Assembly: GCA_027307165.1 (NCBI GenBank) | Contig: DAHUXM010000016.1 | Location: forward strand, 182,874-246,873 | Length of the DNA: 64,000 nucleotides | Source: Gemmatimonadota bacterium | GTDB lineage: Bacteria > Gemmatimonadota > Gemmatimonadetes > Gemmatimonadales > Gemmatimonadaceae | Direction: 5' to 3' | In this document: piece by piece, positions 37,227 to 46,824 of the stretch | How positions within the stretch are numbered: position 1 is the first letter of the stretch | Layout of the letters: every line of letters starts with the position of its first letter | Notes under the pieces: generated by a model | Told to the model about the DNA's origin: nothing | The model's database searches: none | The model's input: the letters and a program-made list of their open reading frames with translations, nothing else | Made by a program: the position numbers and the translations under genes

Positions 37227-39149
37227 ATGGCAGAAAAAGTCATCGGCATCGACCTCGGCACCACCAACTCCGTCGTTTCCGTGATGGAAGGCGGAGACCC
37301 GGTCGTCATCCCGAATGCGGAAGGCGGACGGACAACGCCGTCGGTCGTTGCATTCGCGAAAGATGGCGAGCGCCTCGTAGGTCAGATCGCCAAACGTCAG
37401 GCAGTCACCAACCCCGCAAATACCGTTTTCTCGATCAAGCGCTTCATGGGTCGCAAGCTGAACGAAATCAGCGAGGAAAAGACCCGCGTTCCCTACAAGG
37501 TCGAAGCAGGGGCGAACGAAATGGTTGTCGTCGAAGTCCAGGGCAAGAAGTTCTCCCCGCCCGAGATCTCCGCGATGATTCTTCAGAAGATGAAGCAGAC
37601 CGCTGAGGATTACCTCGGAACCAAGGTCACCAAGGCTGTCATCACCGGTCCCGCCTATTTCAACGATTCGCAGCGCCAGGCCACCAAGGATGCCGGCAAG
37701 ATCGCCGGCCTCGACGTGCTGCGCATCATAAACGAGCCGACCGCGGCTGCACTCGCGTACGGTCTCGATAAAAAGAAGGACGAGAAGGTCGCGGTGTTCG
37801 ACCTGGGCGGCGGTACGTACGACATCTCGGTGCTCGAGCTCTACGACGTCGAAGGCTCGCGCCAGTTCGAGGTCAAGTCCACCAATGGTGACACGCACCT
37901 CGGCGGCGACGACTTCGATCAACGCGTGATCGACTGGCTCGTCACCGAATTCAAGCGCGACCAGGCCATCGATCTCTCCAAGGATCCGATGGCGCTGCAG
38001 CGTCTGAAGGAAGCGGCAGAGAAGGCCAAGATGGAGCTGTCCACCACGCAGTCGACCGATATCAATCTTCCGTTCATCACTGCGGACCAGACCGGCCCCA
38101 AGCACCTCAACTATTCGCTGACGCGCGCCAAGTTCGAGCAGCTCGTGGACGACCTCATCAAGCGCGTGATTCCGCCGATGCAGCAGGCGTTGAAGGATGC
38201 TGGAATTCAGCCGAACGAAATCGACGAGGTCCTTCTCGTCGGTGGCTCGACGCGTATTCCGAAGATACAGGACGAGGTCAAGAAGTTCTTCGGCAAGGAG
38301 CCCAACAAGGGCGTCAATCCCGATGAGGTGGTCGCGATCGGCGCGGCGGTTCAGGGCGCCGTTCTTACCGGCGAGCAGAAGGATGTATTGCTGCTCGACG
38401 TTACACCGCTCTCGCTCGGAATCGAGACGCTCGGTGGCGTGATGACGGTTCTCATCCCGCGCAACACAACCATTCCGACCAAGAAGTCGGAGACGTTCTC
38501 GACCGCTGACGACAATCAGTCGACGGTTGAGATTCACGTGTTGCAGGGTGAGCGCGAGCTTGCGACGTACAACAAGACGATCGGCAAATTCCAGCTCACC
38601 GGAATTCCACCCGCACCGCGCGGCGTGCCGCAGGTCGAGGTCACGTTCGACATCGACGCGAACGGAATCCTCAACGTTACGGCGAAGGACAAGGCGACGA
38701 ACAAGGAGCAGAAGATCCGCATCGAAGCATCCAGCGGATTGTCCGACGCCGAGATCGATCGCATGGTCAAGGACGCCGAGAAGAACGCAACCGAAGACAA
38801 GACGCGTCGCGAGCAGATCGATGCACGCAACCGTCTGGACTCGCTCGCCTACGAAGTCGAGAAGAACTCCAAGGAATGGGGCGACAAGCTCGGCGACGAC
38901 ATGCGCAAGCGGCTCGAGGAAGGCGTCGAGAAGGCGCGTACGGCTCTACGGGGTGACGACGTGTCGGCTATCAACGCCGCTTCGGAGGAGCTGACCAAGC
39001 TGTACAGCGAGGCTGGCCAGGCCTTCTACCAGGCCCAGAACCAGACCGCGCAGCCCGGCGAGCCGGCGGCCGCGCCAGAGGCCGAGAAGCCCGCAGACGA
39101 TAACGTAGTCGAAGCCGACTACGAGATCGTCGACGAAGACAAGAAGTAG
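37227..39149 (+). CDS. dnaK: molecular chaperone DnaK (Hsp70)
   Basis: '[11 protein letters not shown]', '[10 protein letters not shown]' and '[14 protein letters not shown]'. Start trimmed to '[11 protein letters not shown]'. Confidence 0.95.
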   Translation: MAEKVIGIDLGTTNSVVSVMEGGDPVVIPNAEGGRTTPSVVAFAKDGERLVGQIAKRQAVTNPANTVFSIKRFMGRKLNEISEEKTRVPYKVEAGANEMVVVEVQGKKFSPPEISAMILQKMKQTAEDYLGTKVTKAVITGPAYFNDSQRQATKDAGKIAGLDVLRIINEPTAAALAYGLDKKKDEKVAVFDLGGGTYDISVLELYDVEGSRQFEVKSTNGDTHLGGDDFDQRVIDWLVTEFKRDQAIDLSKDPMALQRLKEAAEKAKMELSTTQSTDINLPFITADQTGPKHLNYSLTRAKFEQLVDDLIKRVIPPMQQALKDAGIQPNEIDEVLLVGGSTRIPKIQDEVKKFFGKEPNKGVNPDEVVAIGAAVQGAVLTGEQKDVLLLDVTPLSLGIETLGGVMTVLIPRNTTIPTKKSETFSTADDNQSTVEIHVLQGERELATYNKTIGKFQLTGIPPAPRGVPQVEVTFDIDANGILNVTAKDKATNKEQKIRIEASSGLSDAEIDRMVKDAEKNATEDKTRREQIDARNRLDSLAYEVEKNSKEWGDKLGDDMRKRLEEGVEKARTALRGDDVSAINAASEELTKLYSEAGQAFYQAQNQTAQPGEPAAAPEAEKPADDNVVEADYEIVDEDKK

Positions 39150-39151
39150 CC

Positions 39152-39443
39152 GTAAGGGCAGGCCCCCGTGCCTGCCCCGACGACGCTCTCCCGCGCTACC
39201 AGCTATCTGACCCGGGCAGGCCCCCGTGCCTGCCCCGACGACGCTCTCCCGCGCTACCAGCTATCTGACCCGGCAGGCCCCCGTGCCTGCCCCGACGACG
39301 CTCTCCCGCGCTGCGAGCCACGTGCCCCGGGCAGGCCCTCGTGCCTGCCCGGGGCACGACTACGCTCCTGGCCCGTTTCGGGGATATTTGTGCGATATCG
39401 CTCCCGGCATCGGGGCGGCTAGGCACGGGGCCTGCCCCCACGG
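39152..39443. repeat. array of REP-like GC palindromes (three tandem 57/58-bp units plus two further copies)
   Basis: The GGGCAGGC-CCCCGT-GCCTGCCC hairpin occurs at 39156, 39214 and 39272, each followed by the same about 35-bp segment. A 15-bp-stem variant lies at 39321..39358, and a degenerate inverted copy at 39422..39439. Confidence 0.8.
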
Positions 39444-39554
39444 TATCCACGTACGACACTATGTTCGATCCGAACCGAACGTCGTCTCCGGTGTTTTAAA
39501 TGCAGGGGTGGGGCAAGCCCCATCGTTCCAGATTCCTCTTTACCTTTCACCTTC

Positions 39555-41114
39555 ATGCCTCCTATATCATCACGTGTCCGCTGGGGAACCGCGGTCGCGG
39601 TAGCATTCATCGGCGGCGTTCTTCTGGCGTCCGGCAAGGGATGGACGCGACTCGGCTTCGCTCAGGATGGCTCGACAGTCGCCGCCGTCGCCCCAGGCGG
39701 AGCTCCGTCAGCCGGTTTCTCGTCGATTGCAGACCACGCCACGCCGGCCGTTGTCTCGATTCAGGTAGACACCAAGAACCGCGCACCTACGCGCATCCGG
39801 CAACAGATTCCGCGCGGCATGCTTCCGCCCGGGATGGAACAGTTCTTCGACTTCGGTCAGCCGCAGGCCCGGCCATCGGTAGAGGAAGCCAGCGGTTCTG
39901 GCTTCATCGTTACCAAGGACGGCTACATCCTTACTAACAACCACGTAATCACCGGCGCCGATCACACGACCGTCGCCGACCAGATTCACGTGAAGCTCAT
40001 GGATGGCCGCGTCTTCGCTGCAAAGGTCATCGGACACGATCCATCGACGGACGTTGCCGTCCTCAAGATCGACGGCAACAACTTCCCGACCATCCCGCTC
40101 GGTGATGATACCAAGGCCAAGGTCGGCGAGTGGGTCGTCGCAATTGGAAATCCGCTCGGCGTTCTCGACTTCACCGTCACCGCCGGCATCGTGAGTGCGA
40201 AAAATCGCTCACTGCCGGGACTGCTTGGCAGCGACCGCTACGCGATTTCGGATCTCATCCAGACCGACGCCGCAATCAATCCCGGCAACTCCGGCGGCCC
40301 GCTCATAAACACGCGCGGCGAAGTGATCGGAATCAACAACGCGATAGCGAGTGAAACGGGATACTACGCAGGATACGGATTCGCCGTCCCCATCACACTC
40401 GCGAAGAAGGTCATGGACGACCTCATCGCCCACGGTCACGTCAGGTTCGGAATTCTTGGCGTTCAGATAAGCGAGGTGGATGCAGATGCAGCCGCCGTCG
40501 CGAAACTGGATCACGTGTACGGTGTCCTCGTTCAGGGATTCAATCCTGACACGCCCGACAATCCTGCACGCAAGGCAGGATTGCAGGAAGGCGACGTCAT
40601 CATCAGCGCAGACGGCCAGCCTGCGGATCGCGTGAGCTCGCTGCAGCGCGTAATACGCAACCACGCGCCGGGCGAGACCGTGCACCTCGAGTATGTCCGT
40701 TACGGCAAGAAGATGGCGGTAGACGTCAAGCTCGCACCGCGGCCCTCCGACTCGACAACTGCAACGCAGGCGAGCGTCAACCCAACTTCCACCAAGGGTG
40801 TCGCGGGCGCAAAGCTCGGCGCCACGATCGCACCACTGCCACCGCCGGATCAACGTCCAGCGGGTTTCCCGGACCACGGCGTGCTGGTCACCGACGTTGT
40901 CAGTTTGGGCACGTCGTACGGCAAGCTGCAGCCTGGCATGGTGATTACCGAGGTGCTGTACCCGACACCGCGGAAGCAGATCAACTCGGTCGCCGATCTT
41001 CAGGGCGTTCTCAACTCCATGAAAGCCGGCGACTACATCAGCCTCAACGTCGCGCTTCCTGACGGCCGCGGTGGCGTGCAAAACAATGTGGTGAACATCC
41101 GCCTGGGCCAGTAG
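39555..41114 (+). CDS. htrA: periplasmic serine endoprotease DegP/HtrA (two PDZ domains)
   Basis: Signal/TM anchor. Catalytic 'TNNHV', 'DVAVLKI' and 'GNSGGPL'. Two PDZ-like regions. Confidence 0.9.
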   Translation: MPPISSRVRWGTAVAVAFIGGVLLASGKGWTRLGFAQDGSTVAAVAPGGAPSAGFSSIADHATPAVVSIQVDTKNRAPTRIRQQIPRGMLPPGMEQFFDFGQPQARPSVEEASGSGFIVTKDGYILTNNHVITGADHTTVADQIHVKLMDGRVFAAKVIGHDPSTDVAVLKIDGNNFPTIPLGDDTKAKVGEWVVAIGNPLGVLDFTVTAGIVSAKNRSLPGLLGSDRYAISDLIQTDAAINPGNSGGPLINTRGEVIGINNAIASETGYYAGYGFAVPITLAKKVMDDLIAHGHVRFGILGVQISEVDADAAAVAKLDHVYGVLVQGFNPDTPDNPARKAGLQEGDVIISADGQPADRVSSLQRVIRNHAPGETVHLEYVRYGKKMAVDVKLAPRPSDSTTATQASVNPTSTKGVAGAKLGATIAPLPPPDQRPAGFPDHGVLVTDVVSLGTSYGKLQPGMVITEVLYPTPRKQINSVADLQGVLNSMKAGDYISLNVALPDGRGGVQNNVVNIRLGQ

Positions 41115-41132
41115 CCAGGCCATTACCATTGG

Positions 41133-41175
41133 GAAGCGGCCGGGATGCGTAATCGTATCCCGGCCGCTTATTTTT
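41133..41175 (+). terminator. rho-independent terminator after htrA
   Basis: 13-bp perfect stem aagcggccgggat / atcccggccgctt with a 10-nt loop, then ATTTTT. Confidence 0.75.
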
Positions 41176-41188
41176 CGTTCTGCATCAC

Positions 41189-41270
41189 GCGAGGATGGCG
41201 AAATTGGTAGACGCACCAGCCTTAGGAGCTGGCGGTTAACACCATGGGGGTTCGAGTCCCCCTCCTCGCA
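41189..41270 (+). tRNA. tRNA-Leu (anticodon TAG), class II with long variable arm
   Basis: Acceptor stem GCGAGGA/TCCTCGC, anticodon stem CCAGC/GCTGG with loop CTTAGGA, T-arm GGGGG-TTCGAGT-CCCCC and discriminator A. CCA is not encoded. Confidence 0.9.
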
Positions 41271-41418
41271 CTGATCGGTCCTGCGTGGACTTCGCGTCAA
41301 CTTTAGTTGCACTCGCCAGACGCGACTCGTACTGTTCGTCGGTGTGGCCGCTCCAGATCGATCAAACCAGACGACGCACAACTGCATGCCAGCGTCATCT
41401 CCAACACTCCGACGCGGC

Positions 41419-42315
41419 ATGAAACTGTGGGAATGTATCCTCATCGCGATGAGCGTGCTTGCGCTCCCTCTCGCCACCATGCAAGCGCAATTGGCAGCGA
41501 GCGACAGCGTCACCGCGGCTTCGTCGAACTCGTCGAATTCGTCCGCACCCGCAGCCAGTGCGCAGGCTGATTCGACCCCGCCCTGGATCACGAAGCGTGA
41601 GTTGCTTGGCGGCGGAATCTCCGTACTGGCCACCGTTGCCGTCGCCCCTCTGGACAAGCCGGTCTCTGCAGAGTTCCAGGAAGCGGGCTGGCAGAAGGAC
41701 GAGCCTTTGCACAGCGCCAGTCAGGCGCTTGCGTTCGCCGGCGGCCCGGGACCGTTCCTGCTTGGGGCGGGCTTCATCGCGGCCGGTCGCCTGTCCGGGA
41801 GTCCGCAACTCTATGGCGCGGGGATGCACCTCACCGCGGCTGTACTGCTTGCGGCTGGAGTAACAGCCCTGGGAAAGGGGATCGCCGGACGCGCCCTTCC
41901 TGGAGTGCAGACATCGGAAAGTTTCGCATGGGCCCGTGGGTTCCACCGAGGGAATGGGCCATTCGTGTCGTTCCCTTCCGGTCACACCGCCGCAGCGTTC
42001 GCGATGGCCTCGGCGTTGACCGGAGAGACCGCGGCGTGGCGTCCGGGGCTCGCGCGCTACGTCGGCCCGTTTGCCTACACGACGGCGTCAGCGATTGGAT
42101 TGGCTCGCCTGTATCAACACGTGCACTGGGTGAGCGACCTGCCACTGGCAGCTGCCATCGGCACATGGAGCGGGATCTCGGTCGAAAGCCACGTGCATCG
42201 CAACGGCAAACGCGGCGTGATAGCCGCCGTCGCGCGCTGCGCAACGCTCCAGCCGAGTCCGGAGGGAGGCGTGTTGGTGGGAGTATCTCTGCCGTTCGTC
42301 GCACCCAGCAGATGA
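41419..42315 (+). CDS. PAP2-family phosphatase
   Basis: Signal peptide. Acid phosphatase motifs 'SFPSGHTAAAFA' and 'HWVSD'. ORF trimmed to 'MKLWECIL'. Confidence 0.8.
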   Translation: MKLWECILIAMSVLALPLATMQAQLAASDSVTAASSNSSNSSAPAASAQADSTPPWITKRELLGGGISVLATVAVAPLDKPVSAEFQEAGWQKDEPLHSASQALAFAGGPGPFLLGAGFIAAGRLSGSPQLYGAGMHLTAAVLLAAGVTALGKGIAGRALPGVQTSESFAWARGFHRGNGPFVSFPSGHTAAAFAMASALTGETAAWRPGLARYVGPFAYTTASAIGLARLYQHVHWVSDLPLAAAIGTWSGISVESHVHRNGKRGVIAAVARCATLQPSPEGGVLVGVSLPFVAPSR

Positions 42316-42377
42316 CGACCGGGATAGCGCCGGACTGACGCGGCGGGATATGCCCCCGCTACCGTTATATTCCAGCG

Positions 42378-43625
42378 ATGGAGATACAGCTCAACCCCAA
42401 GACCACCACCGGCGTCGAGCGCGCCGTTGAAGTGACAGTTCCAGCCTCGGAAGTGGCCGCGGCTGAAGAGCGCACCACCAAACGCTATGCCTCGCAGGCG
42501 CGACTGCCCGGCTTCCGGCCCGGCAAGGCACCGGCGGCCGTTGTGCGCAAGAAGTTCGCTGAAGCGATCCGCAACGAGACGATCGAATCGGTCGTGCGCG
42601 AGGCCTACAAGGAGATCGTCGAAAAGGACAACATTCAGGTAGCGTCGCAGCCGCACATCCACGATCTCAAGTTCGAGGACGGCTCGCCTCTCACCTTCGA
42701 GTTCCATTACGAGGTCCGGCCAACGGTCGAGCTCGGGCGAACCAGCGGATTCAAGGTGCGCCGCGAACCCGTGACCGTTACCGACGAGCAGCTTCAGGAG
42801 CAGATCGACCGCCTCCGCGACGAGCATGCCGCATGGGCCCCCGTAGAAGGCAAGCCCGTCGAAGGCGACATGGTGAGCGTCGGTCTCTCCGTCGCCGATG
42901 ACGAAGGCAAGCTCGCCGAGCCGCGCGACGTATCGCTCGTGCTTGGCGACGGCAAGGCGATCGCTGGAATCGAGGAGCTGATAATGGAAGCGGGTCCGGG
43001 CGAGACAGTCGAGCGACCGGTTCGCTGGCCGGAGGATTTCCCTGAAGAAGCGCAGCGCGCGCAGACCAAGACGGTTCGCGCAACCGTGCACGAAGTGAAG
43101 CGCAAGTCGCTCCCGACGCTGGATGATGCATTTGCACGCGAGATCGGCGACTTCGATTCCGCCGATGCACTCCGTGCCGCGGTTCGGCAGGACATGGAGA
43201 AGTTCGCGCAACGGGAATCGGAAGCGCACGTGCGACAGGGTCTCATCGACCAGGTGATCGCTGCAAATCCATTCGACGTTCCGCGCAGCTGGGTGGGGCA
43301 GCTGGTGGATAACTACGCCGAGACGTATCAGGTTCCCGTGGACCAGCGCGCGCAGTTCGATACGGAATTCGCACAGGTCGCGGAGCGACAGATCAAGCGC
43401 GACCTGATCGTCGACGCAATTGCGGAACAGGAAAAGCTCACCGCTTCCGAGCGCGATCTCGATGACAGGATCGCGGAGCAGGCTACGGAGCGTGGAGTCG
43501 AGCCCGGGCAGCTTTACGCGGCGCTGGAAAAGGGCGGCAGATTGAAGGATCTGGAGCGGACCATTACGGAAGACAAGGTGTTCAAGTGGTTGGTTGAACG
43601 AAACGACATTGTGACAGAGGCCTAG
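42378..43625 (+). CDS. tig: trigger factor
   Basis: '[11 protein letters not shown]' ribosome-binding signature, typical length, and position upstream of clpP. Confidence 0.92.
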   Translation: MEIQLNPKTTTGVERAVEVTVPASEVAAAEERTTKRYASQARLPGFRPGKAPAAVVRKKFAEAIRNETIESVVREAYKEIVEKDNIQVASQPHIHDLKFEDGSPLTFEFHYEVRPTVELGRTSGFKVRREPVTVTDEQLQEQIDRLRDEHAAWAPVEGKPVEGDMVSVGLSVADDEGKLAEPRDVSLVLGDGKAIAGIEELIMEAGPGETVERPVRWPEDFPEEAQRAQTKTVRATVHEVKRKSLPTLDDAFAREIGDFDSADALRAAVRQDMEKFAQRESEAHVRQGLIDQVIAANPFDVPRSWVGQLVDNYAETYQVPVDQRAQFDTEFAQVAERQIKRDLIVDAIAEQEKLTASERDLDDRIAEQATERGVEPGQLYAALEKGGRLKDLERTITEDKVFKWLVERNDIVTEA

Positions 43626-43627
43626 TC

Positions 43628-44257
43628 ATGCCGATTTACGCACCATATGTAATCGAGCGTTCTTCTCGCGGAGAGCGCACCTACGACGTTTTCTCACGTC
43701 TGCTCATGGACCGCATCGTGTTCCTTGGAACACCGGTCACAGACGACGTCGCGAACGTCATCATCGCGCAGCTGCTGTTCCTGGAATCGGACAATCAGGA
43801 GCGCGACATCCACATGTACATCAACTCGCCGGGCGGCTCCGTTTCCGCCGGAATGGCGATCTACGATACGATGCAGTACCTCAAGAGCCCCGTGAACACC
43901 ACGTGCATGGGAATGGCGGCGAGCATGGGCGCGTTCCTGCTCATGGCAGGGCGGAAGGGCAAGCGGTTTGCGCTTCCCCACTCGCGCATCATGATCCACC
44001 AGCCGTCGCAGAACGGCGGCGGCGGATCGGCATCTGACATCGAGATTCAGGCGAAGGAGATTCTATTCCTGCGCGAAAAGCTGAACTCGTTGATGGCCAA
44101 GCACACGGGCCAACCGTTGGAGCGCATCGAGCGTGACACGGACCGCGATCGTTTTCTTTCGGCGGAAGAGGCGAAGGAGTACGGCCTTATCGACGCTGTG
44201 ATAACGCACCGCGGCGAGATGATCGAGACGTCGAGCCAGCCGCAGGTCACAGTGTAA
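43628..44257 (+). CDS. clpP: ATP-dependent Clp protease proteolytic subunit
   Basis: 'RIVFLG', 'INSPGGSV', '[11 protein letters not shown]' (catalytic Ser) and 'IMIHQP' (His). Confidence 0.95.
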   Translation: MPIYAPYVIERSSRGERTYDVFSRLLMDRIVFLGTPVTDDVANVIIAQLLFLESDNQERDIHMYINSPGGSVSAGMAIYDTMQYLKSPVNTTCMGMAASMGAFLLMAGRKGKRFALPHSRIMIHQPSQNGGGGSASDIEIQAKEILFLREKLNSLMAKHTGQPLERIERDTDRDRFLSAEEAKEYGLIDAVITHRGEMIETSSQPQVTV

Positions 44258-44302
44258 GCTGGGTTGATCGGCGCAGACCGCGCCGCAGATGCTGTAACCG
44301 GG

Positions 44303-44332
44303 GGGGGCGGAGTTGTCGACCGCCCCCTTGTA
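44303..44332 (+). terminator. hairpin downstream of clpP (weak terminator candidate)
   Basis: gggggcgg / ccgccccc 8-bp stem with a 9-nt loop, followed by TTGTAGTAT. The U-tract is poor. Confidence 0.35.
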
Positions 44333-44511
44333 GTATCCCATTCCCGCTGGTGTTGCACCCGAAGTATGCAGACGAGACCTGCGCTGCACCGCACACGCGT
44401 GCCGCGCCCTAGAGCGATGATTCGTCTGGGAAGATGATACGACCCTTCTCGGCGAATGCTGTAACAATTGTGCATGGTCTCGCTGTATTCGCTATTGCGA
44501 TCGCGCAGGCG

Positions 44512-45123
44512 ATGACACGCCGGTTCGATCCTGAACGTCACCATCGCAAGTCGATTCGTCTCGGGGGGTACGACTACGCTTCCCCTGGTGCGTATTTCGT
44601 CACGATCGTTACCCAGGATCGCGCCTGCTTGTTTGGCGAAATTTCACGCGGCCGCATGCAGTTAAACGCGGCCGGAATGGCGGCGCAGACTATGTGGGCT
44701 GCGATCCCGGTCCATTTTCCACGGGTGCGATTGGACGCGTTGGTCGTGATGCCCAATCACGTGCATGGCATCATCCTGATCGCCGGCACGGACGCGGCAA
44801 CGGACGACGCGGATGGATCGGTGCCCGATGATGCGGCTGAATTGGTACGGGCGACGCATGCGTCGCCCCGACGGTCGCCCCAATGGTCGCCCCCACAATC
44901 GCCGCCGCATCATCCCCATGGCCCGCCGCGACGTTCCATCGGCGCGATCATCGGTTCGTACAAATCCGCGGTATCACGCCACATCAATCAATTACGTCGA
45001 CCGCGGTCCGGTTTGGTCTGGCAACGGAATTACTACGAACGCATCATCCGCGATTACCCTTCATTGCAGCGGGTGCGGAAATACATCTACGCGAATCCGC
45101 GCAACTGGAAAGGCCGCGGATAA
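44512..45123 (+). CDS. REP-associated tyrosine transposase (RAYT; IS200-like Y1 HUH nuclease)
   Basis: 'GAYFVTIVTQDR', HUH motif 'MPNHVHGIILI' and C-terminal Tyr motif 'WQRNYYERIIRD'. Single ORF with no tnpB partner. The ORF opens at 44434 and is trimmed to 'MTRRFDPERHHRKSIRL'. Confidence 0.8.
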   Translation: MTRRFDPERHHRKSIRLGGYDYASPGAYFVTIVTQDRACLFGEISRGRMQLNAAGMAAQTMWAAIPVHFPRVRLDALVVMPNHVHGIILIAGTDAATDDADGSVPDDAAELVRATHASPRRSPQWSPPQSPPHHPHGPPRRSIGAIIGSYKSAVSRHINQLRRPRSGLVWQRNYYERIIRDYPSLQRVRKYIYANPRNWKGRG

Positions 45124-45157
45124 TGCGGGTTTCGGCCTCCCGGGTGGAGACCAGGGG

Positions 45158-45177
45158 CTTGTGAATTAATTCACAAG
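45158..45177. promoter_or_regulatory. 20-bp perfect AT-rich palindrome, TGTGA-N6-TCACA (CRP/FNR-type operator candidate)
   Basis: CTTGTGAATTAATTCACAAG, centred about 70 nt upstream of the clpX ATG in otherwise GC-rich DNA. Confidence 0.45.
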
Positions 45178-45237
45178 ACCGATACCCGTTAAGAATGGTT
45201 GACCGCGCCATGCCCGGGTATTTGCTTTCAGACAGAT

Positions 45238-46476
45238 ATGTCCACCGATAAACACCTACGCTGCTCGTTCTGCGGCAAGTCCAAGGACTCGGTCCGGAAA
45301 TTCATCTCCGGTCCATCGGTCTACATCTGCAACGAGTGCATCGCTCTCTGCAACGAGATCCTGCAGGAGGATGAAGAGCGCGAGGTAGCCGATGCGATCA
45401 CGCAGGTTCCCTCGCCCCAGGAAATCAAGGACGTTCTCGACCAGTACGTCATCGGTCAGGAACAGGCGAAGAAGGCGCTGGCGGTCTCGGTGTACAACCA
45501 CTACAAGCGCATCAACGCAACTGCGGTAAAGGACGACGAGGTCGAGCTCGACAAGTCCAACATTCTGCTCATCGGCCCCACCGGTACGGGCAAGACGTTG
45601 CTCGCCCGCACACTGGCGCGAATCCTCGACGTCCCATTCACCATCGCCGACGCGACGACCCTCACCGAAGCTGGCTACGTCGGTGAGGACGTCGAAAACA
45701 TCCTGGTCCGGCTGCTCCAGGCTGGCGACTTCAACGTCAACGACTGCGAGCGCGGCATCGTCTATATCGACGAGATCGACAAGATCGCCCGCAAGTCGGA
45801 GAATCCCAGTATCACGCGCGACGTGTCGGGAGAAGGCGTCCAACAGGCGCTCCTAAAGATCATCGAGGGTACCGTTGCTTCTGTCCCGCCACAGGGCGGA
45901 CGCAAGCATCCGCAGCAGGAATACATCCAGATCAACACGAAGGACATTCTGTTCATCTGCGGTGGCGCCTTCGACGGCCTCGAGAAGATCATCGAATCGC
46001 GCATGGGCCGGCGCCAGATCGGGTTCGGCGACAGCGATGCGAAGCAGGCAGCCTCCAAAAACGCTTTCGCCAACGTCGAGCCTGACGACCTGCTGCGCTT
46101 CGGGCTCATCCCCGAGCTGGTCGGCCGCCTTCCGGTAACTGTCGCGCTCGACGCCCTGGACGAAGAGTCGCTCGTGCGGATCCTCAAGGAGCCCAAGAAC
46201 GCTCTCACCAAGCAGTACCAGCGCCTGTTCGCCCTGGAAGACGTGAAGATATCCTTCGAGGAGAACGCCCTCACAGCCGTCGCTACCAAGGCACTCAAGC
46301 GAGGCACCGGCGCCCGCGGCCTTCGCGCCATTCTGGAAGAGGCACTGATGGATGTCATGTTCGACATTCCGGCGCGCGACGACGTGGTGGAAGTTCGCGT
46401 CACGGAGTCGTGCATCACGAACAAGACGCCCCCGTTGCTGGAGTTGAGCCCCGTGAGGCGCAAGAAAGAAGCGTAG
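45238..46476 (+). CDS. clpX: ATP-dependent Clp protease ATP-binding subunit ClpX
   Basis: Zinc-finger 'CSFCGKS...YICNECI', Walker A 'GPTGTGKT', 'IVYIDEIDK' and '[11 protein letters not shown]'. Confidence 0.95.
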   Translation: MSTDKHLRCSFCGKSKDSVRKFISGPSVYICNECIALCNEILQEDEEREVADAITQVPSPQEIKDVLDQYVIGQEQAKKALAVSVYNHYKRINATAVKDDEVELDKSNILLIGPTGTGKTLLARTLARILDVPFTIADATTLTEAGYVGEDVENILVRLLQAGDFNVNDCERGIVYIDEIDKIARKSENPSITRDVSGEGVQQALLKIIEGTVASVPPQGGRKHPQQEYIQINTKDILFICGGAFDGLEKIIESRMGRRQIGFGDSDAKQAASKNAFANVEPDDLLRFGLIPELVGRLPVTVALDALDEESLVRILKEPKNALTKQYQRLFALEDVKISFEENALTAVATKALKRGTGARGLRAILEEALMDVMFDIPARDDVVEVRVTESCITNKTPPLLELSPVRRKKEA

Positions 46477-46489
46477 TTACGTGGATTGT

Positions 46490-46727
46490 GTAGGGGCAGG
46501 CCCCCGTGCCTGCCCCGCCCGGTACCATCCGAGGCGATGCGATCCCGGTGATGATCCCGGCGATGATCCCGGTGGTACAATCCAAGCCGATGCGATCCCG
46601 GCGCGATTCGATCCCGGCGATGCTCCCGCCTACAACTCCGCTGACGACCCCGATCTGATTTCTTGAGGGTGGTGCGCGCGCATCGTCCGCGGCATCAGCG
46701 CGGGCAGGCGCGGGGGCCTGCCCCTAC
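46490..46727. repeat. inverted pair of GTAG-headed REP palindromes enclosing GATCCCGG tandem repeats
   Basis: GTAG+GGGCAGGCCCCCGTGCCTGCCCC at 46490..46516, with its reverse-orientation copy ending in CTAC at 46702..46727. Between them are five GATCCCGG copies (three as exact 12-bp tandems) and a 28-bp imperfect direct repeat. Confidence 0.7.
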
Positions 46728-46824
46728 GGCCTCGTCATCCATGGGGAACGGTGCAGGGCTATACGATGGCGCCTGTGCCGCACCGTCATCACCGGCACCC
46801 CATCCGGCTGCTAGCTTTCCTGTA

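Noticed and set aside
37203-38537. 444-aa ORF antisense to dnaK. Similar long antisense ORFs occur at 7250..8656, 17857..19458, 33567..34808, 40209..41657, 42114..43229 and 46999..48639.
   Set aside because: Each lies fully inside a confidently identified gene on the other strand, and 40209..41657 even runs across the tRNA. The translations are Arg/Ala/Gly-rich and low in complexity, as expected from stop-poor antisense frames in GC-rich DNA. Long antisense frames in hsp70 genes are a known artefact-like phenomenon.
39156-39358. Possible CRISPR array (regularly spaced palindromic repeats).
   Set aside because: The roughly 35-bp segments between the palindromes are identical to each other rather than unique spacers. 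There are only three regular units, and no cas genes are in the window.
39441-39554. ECF/sigma-E-type promoter (GAAC...N16-17...) upstream of htrA.
   Set aside because: There are GAAC motifs ('CCGAACCGAACG'), but no convincing -10 element at the proper spacing. This is too weak to report as a feature.
39168-39603. ORFs 39168..39422, 39226..39603, 39196..39459 and 46481..46666, which translate the repeat arrays ('AGPRACPDDALPRY...', '[12 protein letters not shown]').
   Set aside because: They are translations of tandem palindromic repeats in intergenic positions. They show no SD or start context, and their peptide periodicity simply mirrors the DNA repeat.
41271-41418. Genomic-island integration at tRNA-Leu.
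   Set aside because: No integrase is present, I spotted no direct repeat of the tRNA 3' end downstream, and the next genes (PAP2, tig, clpP) are core functions.
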